Below are positions 35,865 through 43,805 of a DNA stretch of 43,805 nucleotides, one piece after another. The notes beneath the pieces are model-generated. The model was not told the DNA's origin and did no database searches. It saw only the letters and a list, made by a program, of their open reading frames with translations. Both the position numbers and the translations under genes were made by a program. Position 1 is the stretch's first letter. The number at the start of each line of letters is the position of its first letter. The DNA comes from a bacterium (lineage in GTDB: Bacteria > JAMCPX01): the NCBI GenBank assembly GCA_021792615.1, contig JAJYUJ010000022.1, positions 1-43,805 on the forward strand, written 5' to 3'.

Positions 35865-36542
35865 TCATCCTTTGTCTTTCTTCGAGTGCCGGGCAATCTC
35901 CAGGGCCTTTTCATCCAGCATCCCGGTAAAGTGCGCCCACTCTTCCTTTTCTGAGTCTCCGGCTCGCCAGATCGTGAAATGACAGGTCTCCGCGCCGGAT
36001 GGAATGGTGGTATCGAAGCGAACCTGGAACCCCTTGTCTTGCCCGAAGTACTCCTTGACGGCATCGATCATACCCTGGACAAAATAACGCTGTACACGGC
36101 AGTCGAATGCCCGGTAATGATCCTGATGAGGACACCAGAGGATATCGAAGCTCACCTTGTCTGTGCCGTCAATGTTCGGTTTCTCAAGGGATGCGTATAC
36201 TATACGGTTTATCACGGTGGCATAAAAGCTCATGAACTCCATATCAGACATATCTTCCGGCTTTTTTGTCCCTTTGAGGATCTGTCTTCCGATGTCCAGA
36301 CCTACATCGTGCAGGGTTTGGGCAACCACCTGCTGCCCTTCCCGTCCAAAGGCCTTTTCGCAAGCCTTAAGGACCCCGATGACCGCCATAGCTTGCATGG
36401 TTCCCCACTGCCACAGTGTGGCGGTATCAAAATCAGTTTCGGTCAACACCTTTTCTTTGAGCCGTTTCAGTCCTTCGTTGTAAGGCTGATTGAATCTGAA
36501 CTTTTTCCAGGACGCTTCCGGGCGATTTTCCCAATGTGCCAT
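35865..36542 (-). CDS. Hypothetical protein, 225 aa.
   Basis: Clean ORF. Start reassigned to MAHWENRP at 36542, which has an AAGGAGG RBS 7 nt upstream. No confident family assignment. Confidence 0.55.
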   Translation of the reverse strand: MAHWENRPEASWKKFRFNQPYNEGLKRLKEKVLTETDFDTATLWQWGTMQAMAVIGVLKACEKAFGREGQQVVAQTLHDVGLDIGRQILKGTKKPEDMSDMEFMSFYATVINRIVYASLEKPNIDGTDKVSFDILWCPHQDHYRAFDCRVQRYFVQGMIDAVKEYFGQDKGFQVRFDTTIPSGAETCHFTIWRAGDSEKEEWAHFTGMLDEKALEIARHSKKDKG

Positions 36543-36669
36543 ACCTGCCTCCTTGTTCATTATCCCCTCGCTTCAGTCTCTCCTGCCAAAGGAGGAGGAT
36601 TGATGATTAAATCAAATGTACGGCATTGCATAATTCCAGTCAAGAATATAGCAGTTTTCCAGTTATCTA

Positions 36670-38547
36670 TTACCCTTCTTTTTTCGGTGCGTTTTGAACC
36701 ATCATTTGAGATAACCATGCATTAAATAGATTGCCGCTAGTTGAGCCCTCGCCGCCCCCGACCAGGACCTGGGGCACAATCTGAATCTTACCGGCCGCTA
36801 TCTCCTGAATGAGTTTGATTATCGCCACGTTCTGCTGACCTATGGCCGCTTTTTGAGCGTTGTAAGCGGCGGCAACACCGTCGCCCTCGATCTTGCTTTT
36901 GTGAGAATTGGCATCAGCCACTAATATTATAGCTTCTTTGGTCCCTTGCGCTTCGAGAATCACAGAGCGCCTTTTCCCGTCGGCTTCTTTCACCATGGCT
37001 TCGGCCCTGTCATTATTGATGTCTATAGATAATTTGGCATCAATGACATCTTTTTGTTTATCCGCCCGGGCCGCTTTTTCCATGACTGCAATACGTTTTT
37101 CCTGGGCCATTGCCTCCTGGTCGTACTGGGCCTGCTGCTGATTGGCAATCTCTTTTTTGGTTTGAGTGTCCAACAAATCTTTCGGTATATCGATATAAGC
37201 AATGAGTAAGTTTTGTGCCTCTACGTTGTACTCGGAAAATCTTTCTTTGGCGTGTGCCAATGCTTCGGTCTGCAAGTCCGTCCGGCTTTGGAAAAAGTCA
37301 ATCGCTTTCTTCTCTCCAGCTTTGTTCCTGAAAGACGAATCGATCAGTGGATGCACGATTTGATCGATCAGATTCGCCACCGACCCGAACCGCGCTATGA
37401 CATATGCCGCGTTCCCAGGTTGAATCCGAATCACCATCCGGACATTGACTTCCAGCTGAAAACCATCTTTAGAAGTCACCTTCAGGGGATCAAAGCTATA
37501 CAGTACCCCCGCAGCCTTGGCGTCTATAGGTTTAACTCCTTTTACATCCGTCCCGATTTTTCCCTCACTCGCCCAATCGATGGTGACGGCTGAAGTCGGC
37601 ACTTGATAGGCTGTAAAAGCAATTGCATTGAGATTGTATTTTCCGGGTGCTACCGGCTCTCTCCAGATGCCGCGTGTATATTTATCGGTTATCAAGATTT
37701 TCTCAACATCTTCATGGATCGGACCGCCGAGTCCTCCTTCTTTGACGGCTAAATCGGGCCCTAACACTGACCGTTCCAGTTCTATACCCACATTAGACCT
37801 GATTACTGCCACATATCCCGGAAGGACTTCGGCTACGTCTTCGATCTTAATATCAAATAAGTTCGGATTGATGTAATATATGCCTGGCTGCAGGGTATCC
37901 AACTGCGGCCCGCGGTATCCTTTGCTGTCAATAAAGAGCTGGCCATTTTGATAGGATTTATGGTCTGCTTCAGTACCGTTATCATTGCGTGCCTTCGGAG
38001 CGATGACATAGCCATTCGGTAAAGGAATACCGTCTTTGGCAACAGCGATACCAAGGGTATTCTCAGCTATTGTTAGCGCGGAAGCCTTGGTAATATTGAA
38101 CAATCTGGTATTGATCCGGTAAGTGCCTGGACGTAGGATTCCAACCTGAGGTCCCTTCTTTCCATGGTTGGCCAAAAACATCTCTGCATCCTGGAATTGA
38201 TTGCTCTCGACTTCATCGGCCAACACTCTGCCTTTGGGAAGTGGATCACCGTCGATGGATTCGACGATACCGACACTGTCAATATCTACCGTCACGACCG
38301 GGACCTTGGTGATTGACCAGATTACCGGTAACTTCCAGTACAGTCCCGGCATTAAGGTCTTCGCCTGAACCCCTATTTCTCCGCTTCGTGCGATTACTTG
38401 TCCTGCCGGCATTTTATTGCCGAACATGTTTTTGGTAAGGATGCCGACTTCGTTGGGCCCGATTAAATAGAAACCTTTAAGAATAACCATCAAAACAATA
38501 ACAACAACTAAACCTGCCGCAATAATTTCTATCGTTACTGGTGTCAT
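36670..38547 (-). CDS. SPFH/band-7 family protein, flotillin-like (YqiK-type).
   Basis: AAGGAGA RBS. N-terminal TM helix, SPFH domain, and a long C-terminal Ala/Glu/Gln-rich coiled-coil flotillin region. 625 aa. Confidence 0.75.
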   Translation of the reverse strand: MTPVTIEIIAAGLVVVIVLMVILKGFYLIGPNEVGILTKNMFGNKMPAGQVIARSGEIGVQAKTLMPGLYWKLPVIWSITKVPVVTVDIDSVGIVESIDGDPLPKGRVLADEVESNQFQDAEMFLANHGKKGPQVGILRPGTYRINTRLFNITKASALTIAENTLGIAVAKDGIPLPNGYVIAPKARNDNGTEADHKSYQNGQLFIDSKGYRGPQLDTLQPGIYYINPNLFDIKIEDVAEVLPGYVAVIRSNVGIELERSVLGPDLAVKEGGLGGPIHEDVEKILITDKYTRGIWREPVAPGKYNLNAIAFTAYQVPTSAVTIDWASEGKIGTDVKGVKPIDAKAAGVLYSFDPLKVTSKDGFQLEVNVRMVIRIQPGNAAYVIARFGSVANLIDQIVHPLIDSSFRNKAGEKKAIDFFQSRTDLQTEALAHAKERFSEYNVEAQNLLIAYIDIPKDLLDTQTKKEIANQQQAQYDQEAMAQEKRIAVMEKAARADKQKDVIDAKLSIDINNDRAEAMVKEADGKRRSVILEAQGTKEAIILVADANSHKSKIEGDGVAAAYNAQKAAIGQQNVAIIKLIQEIAAGKIQIVPQVLVGGGEGSTSGNLFNAWLSQMMVQNAPKKEG

Positions 38548-38923
38548 TGGTATTTCTCCTTTTTTATTTTTTCACACCCTTTGGATCTTAAGTAACGTGA
38601 TAAGTTTTTTTATAACTGCGATCCTTTCTCTTACTTGTCAATACCTCTATTGGACAAAAGACCGTCCGTTCTATTCAAACCGTCCGATAAGTTCTGACAC
38701 CTCTGCAGGAAGTTGATCGTCCATGCCGGCAATATACCATATTATGCTGTGGATTACTATGAAAATAAAACTGATGGACAACCCCATATTTTCATTGCAA
38801 GTAGCTCGCTCAGCTCACAATCCCCCTCCCGCCATAGGATGGTATTTGCGGCAGATGTCAATTTTGACTTGCTAAAAGCAATAAAAGATATATACTTTAA
38901 GTATATATTATCAGGAGGTGATT

Positions 38924-39151
38924 ATGAAAATTGCAAAACTATTCAAAAATGGTCAAAGCCAGGCTGTGCGTCTGCCGAAAGAATTTAAATTCCAGGATAG
39001 CTATGTGTTCGCAAAAAAGTCAGGGAATGTAGTGGTATTGATTCCTGCCACAAATTCGTGGAATTCTCTTATCGAAAGTCTTGATAAATTTACCGATGAT
39101 TTTATGTCGAAAAGAAAGCAAGCAAAGGTACAAACCCGCGAGGCTCTCTGA
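38924..39151 (+). CDS. vapB: VapB-type antitoxin (AbrB/MazE/SpoVT swapped-hairpin fold).
   Basis: MKIAKLFKNGQSQAVRLPKEFKF is a typical VapB/MazE N-terminus. AGGAGG RBS 5 nt upstream of the ATG at 38924. ATGA overlap with vapC. Confidence 0.7.
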   Translation: MKIAKLFKNGQSQAVRLPKEFKFQDSYVFAKKSGNVVVLIPATNSWNSLIESLDKFTDDFMSKRKQAKVQTREAL

Positions 39152-39552
39152 TGAAGTTCATGCTGGATACCAACATCTGCATTTACCTCATCAAGCAGAA
39201 ATCTCCATCAATATTGAAACATCTGAAAAGGTATTCCGTAGGAGACATCGGCATTTCCTCAATCACGCTTGCAGAACTTTATTATGGTGTGGAGAAAAGC
39301 CGGTATATTCAAAATAACCGCGAGGCACTCGGCGAATTTCTGCTCCCTCTTGAGATCACAGACTTTGACGAAAAAGCTTCACAGATCTATGGAGTTGTCA
39401 GAGCAAATCTCGAAAAAGACGGGAATCTTATTGGATCTATGGATATGCTCATAGCTTCTCATGCCCTGAGTCTTGATGTAACCCTGATAACGAACAATAC
39501 GAGAGAATTCAAACGCATTAAGCAACTCAAAGTATCAGACTGGACGGTTTGA
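39151..39552 (+). CDS. vapC: VapC toxin (PIN-domain ribonuclease).
   Basis: MKFMLDTNICIYLIKQK...ISSITLAELYYG...MDMLIASHALSLDVTLITNN contains the PIN acidic residues (D6, E42, D97/D99-like). Confidence 0.85.
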   Translation: MKFMLDTNICIYLIKQKSPSILKHLKRYSVGDIGISSITLAELYYGVEKSRYIQNNREALGEFLLPLEITDFDEKASQIYGVVRANLEKDGNLIGSMDMLIASHALSLDVTLITNNTREFKRIKQLKVSDWTV

Positions 39553-39694
39553 ACGGGTACTCGCCTGAACCAGCTTCGCCGACTGCCCGCCCGCTATTTA
39601 TAGCAGGGGCAAGGCAAGCTATAGAATGAACAAATTCCTTACCGGCGTAGAATCCACGTAATTTACAGCGGGGTTCTTCAAAATATCAGCGATA

Positions 39695-41602
<1,908 letters not shown>

Positions 41603-41768
41603 TTATTATAATATACTCATGAAAGATCAAAAACCGGTAGACCGATCCTGTTTATTTCTTGCCTAATCGTACGGGCTCTTCGATAAACGTGTTATTCGGC
41701 AGGATCGGTTGCAGGAGTGGATTTCGCAAGTGAGAGAATGAATAAACTTTCCTGCTGTACGCCGGGGG

Positions 41769-43775
41769 TTAATCCGTCCCCTGCATCACCTCTTTTATTT
41801 TCACCGCAAGGTCCTTGATGTGAAACGGCTTCTGAATGAAAGGCGTACCGGGATCGAGTATCCCCTGGTGCACGATAGCATTGTCGGTATACCCTGACAT
41901 AAACAAAACCCTGAGAGCCGGTTGATTCTTCCGAAGGCGTTCGACCAGCTCCACGCCTCCCATGCCGGGCATAACCACATCCGTGACGACCAGGTCGGGT
42001 TTCAACCCCCGTTCCTCTACCAGGACCAACGCCTCACTCCCGTTGGCAGCGGTTGTAACGCGATACCCCATGGAAGGGATAGTTGCCTCAAAAAGGCGCC
42101 GCAGTTTTGCTTCATCTTCGACGACGAGAATGTGCTCGTTGCCTCCCCGGTGCTCTTTGACTCTCTGTAAATCCGCAGTTACGTCCGGGGCAGCATCGGT
42201 ACAGGGAAGGTATATCTTGAAGGTTGTACCGTGTCCGGGTTCCGAGTAGACAAAAATATGTCCACCGGATTGTTTTATGATACCATATACCATTGCAAGA
42301 CCAAGACCCGTGCCTTTTCCCTTGTCCTTCGTCGTAAAAAACGGCTCGAATATTTTTGATTTCGTTTCATCGTCCATGCCCTGGCCTGTATCTGTTATTG
42401 CGATCATGCTATACCTTCCGGGAGCAACTTCGGCATGGTCTTTAGAATACAGATCATTGAGATCCGCCATTGCGGTTTCGATGGTCATTTTGCCGCCCTT
42501 GATCATGGCATCACGTGCATTGATGGCAAGGTTCATGATGACCTGCTCAATCTGCACGGGATCCGCTTTTACGCGCCCGACATTCTGTTCCAATGCAAAT
42601 ACCACGTCGATATGCTCGCCAATCAACCGCCGAAGCATTTTGTCGAGATTCTTTAACAGGGCATTAATATCCAGCACCCTTGGTTGAATGATCTGCTTTC
42701 TGCTGAAGGCCAAAAGCTGCTGGGTAAGCGACGCGGAGCGGGTAGCTGCCTTAATTATTTCTTCCACCTCATTTCTCGGAAATGCGTCCTGACCGATTTT
42801 GCCGAGAACAATTTCCGCATAACCGATGATGACATTGAGCATGTTGTTGAAATCGTGTGCAACCCCTCCGGCAAGCCTGCCCACTGCTTCCATTTTTTGC
42901 GCATGGAGAAGCTGGCTCTCGAGTCTCTGCTTTTCTTCCTCTGCATGCTTACGCTCGGTAATGTCAAATGCAGAGGCTATCGCTGCAGTCTTTCCCTGCC
43001 ATTGGATCTTTCCGGAGGTGAAATCAATCCACCGCTCCGTACCATCCTTGCGGACGATCTTAAATTCGTATCGGGACGGTATGTTCTCACCGCGCTGGCG
43101 GGCAAACCCCCTTTCCTTGATTAATTCTTGATACTCGGGATGAACCACGTCCCAAAACCGCCGTGAGAGTAATTCATCGGCAGAATAACCGGTGAGCTGC
43201 TGGCAGGCATTGTTCACATAAACAAACCGGTCGTTTGCGTAAACGAAAATGGCCGTGGCGGTCGTTTCGGTGAGTGTCCGAAATCGTTCCACGTTCTCAC
43301 GCAGGGTCTCTTCGGTGAGCTTACGCAGCGTAATGTCTTCAATAATGCCAATGCCGCCCTCAACGGCCCCCTCTCTGGAAAACACGGGACCAAAAACGAC
43401 CCTGACCGGCGTAACCTTTTGTGCGGTCGTAGACTTGTAATCTCCCTCAAACGATGAAACCCTCCCCTCAAGCGCCTCCCGTAAGGCAGTAACAACCTTC
43501 CGGTCCGGCAGTCCGGGCATATTCAATCCGATCAACTCTTTCCGGGAAGAGCCGATGATCTTTACAAAGTTGTCGTTACATGCCGTTATCGTTCCGTTGC
43601 GGTCGAAGTGCAATATTCCGAGCGGTGCGTATTCGAAGATCGGCCTGAATTTTTTTTCACTCTGGTCCAGCGCTTTTTCTACCTGACTGAACCCGGAACG
43701 CGTTTTCCTTGCAGCATGCTTTTTCACATTGCTTCCACTGATTTTCTTACGCATAATTCTGCCCGTCTTTTTCAT
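41769..43775 (-). CDS. Hybrid sensor histidine kinase / response regulator (two PAS domains, HisKA, HATPase, C-terminal REC).
   Basis: H-box LAGGVAHDFNNMLNVIIGYAE. ATPase motifs DTGQGMD and GTGLGLAMV. C-terminal REC (ILVVEDEAKLRRLF...DVVMPGMGG). 668 aa. Confidence 0.8.
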   Translation of the reverse strand: MKKTGRIMRKKISGSNVKKHAARKTRSGFSQVEKALDQSEKKFRPIFEYAPLGILHFDRNGTITACNDNFVKIIGSSRKELIGLNMPGLPDRKVVTALREALEGRVSSFEGDYKSTTAQKVTPVRVVFGPVFSREGAVEGGIGIIEDITLRKLTEETLRENVERFRTLTETTATAIFVYANDRFVYVNNACQQLTGYSADELLSRRFWDVVHPEYQELIKERGFARQRGENIPSRYEFKIVRKDGTERWIDFTSGKIQWQGKTAAIASAFDITERKHAEEEKQRLESQLLHAQKMEAVGRLAGGVAHDFNNMLNVIIGYAEIVLGKIGQDAFPRNEVEEIIKAATRSASLTQQLLAFSRKQIIQPRVLDINALLKNLDKMLRRLIGEHIDVVFALEQNVGRVKADPVQIEQVIMNLAINARDAMIKGGKMTIETAMADLNDLYSKDHAEVAPGRYSMIAITDTGQGMDDETKSKIFEPFFTTKDKGKGTGLGLAMVYGIIKQSGGHIFVYSEPGHGTTFKIYLPCTDAAPDVTADLQRVKEHRGGNEHILVVEDEAKLRRLFEATIPSMGYRVTTAANGSEALVLVEERGLKPDLVVTDVVMPGMGGVELVERLRKNQPALRVLFMSGYTDNAIVHQGILDPGTPFIQKPFHIKDLAVKIKEVMQGTD

Positions 43776-43805
43776 GACGCCCCCCTTTATGACGAATATG
43801 CGCTG

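Overview
This 43.8-kb window reads like a bacterial chromosomal stretch, probably from an anaerobe. The archaeal-type apgM, the GH57-based glycogen cluster and rpoH are consistent with a Nitrospirota- or Desulfobacterota-like organism, but no taxon can be assigned from sequence alone. There are about 45 genes and five contiguous regions.

(1) 1-2800: an AT-rich non-coding leader, a tRNA-Met(CAT) with a near-consensus sigma-70 promoter, and a compositionally deviant (AT-rich) lipoprotein gene.

(2) 2800-9850: a toxin-antitoxin (TA) and abortive-infection island. A hicB-hicA pair is bracketed by two about 420-bp non-coding direct repeats. It is followed by an AbiEi/AbiEii pair, an operon of two paralogous geranylgeranyl-reductase-family flavoenzymes plus a small START/SRPBCC-like protein, and a Phd-RelE pair with a textbook promoter.

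(3) 10300-17260: an AT-rich operon of three exported proteins: a HEAT-repeat protein, a 1585-aa Ig-like/beta-propeller giant, and an NHL-repeat beta-propeller lipoprotein that contains a near-identical 120-bp tandem duplication. It is followed by a second AbiEii-like nucleotidyltransferase with an atypical small partner.

(4) 18680-28760: a glycogen cluster (glgC, two GH57 enzymes, a GalT/HIT-family gene translationally coupled to glgA, a Crp/Fnr regulator) and convergent apgM.

(5) 29080-35415: a long minus-strand cluster. It runs from a PAS histidine kinase and a NarL-type regulator through an RpoH-like sigma factor and a DUF3494 (ice-binding-like) lipoprotein, with a 91-bp near-identical element 3' of two stop codons and 5' of the next gene. 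It continues with an lmo0937-family micro-protein, a small membrane protein, an AI-2E transporter and ElaB/YqjD-YqjE homologues.

After that come tRNA-Leu(CAA), a hypothetical protein, a flotillin, vapBC, two aldo/keto reductases and a hybrid kinase.

A short inverted-pair repeat family (GTCATT...AATCTA) occurs at two loci. No CRISPR array, integrase, transposase or rRNA was seen. Several six-frame ORF starts are spurious N-terminal extensions and have been corrected using RBS evidence.

The most promising candidates for something undescribed are:
- the repeat-bracketed hicBA cassette with its 420-bp structured non-coding repeats;
- the duplicated 91-bp cis-element that links rpoH to the DUF3494 gene;
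- the three-gene exported operon;
- the geranylgeranyl-reductase (GGR) pair plus START-like operon embedded in the TA island;
- the AbiEii-like enzyme with a non-AbiEi partner.
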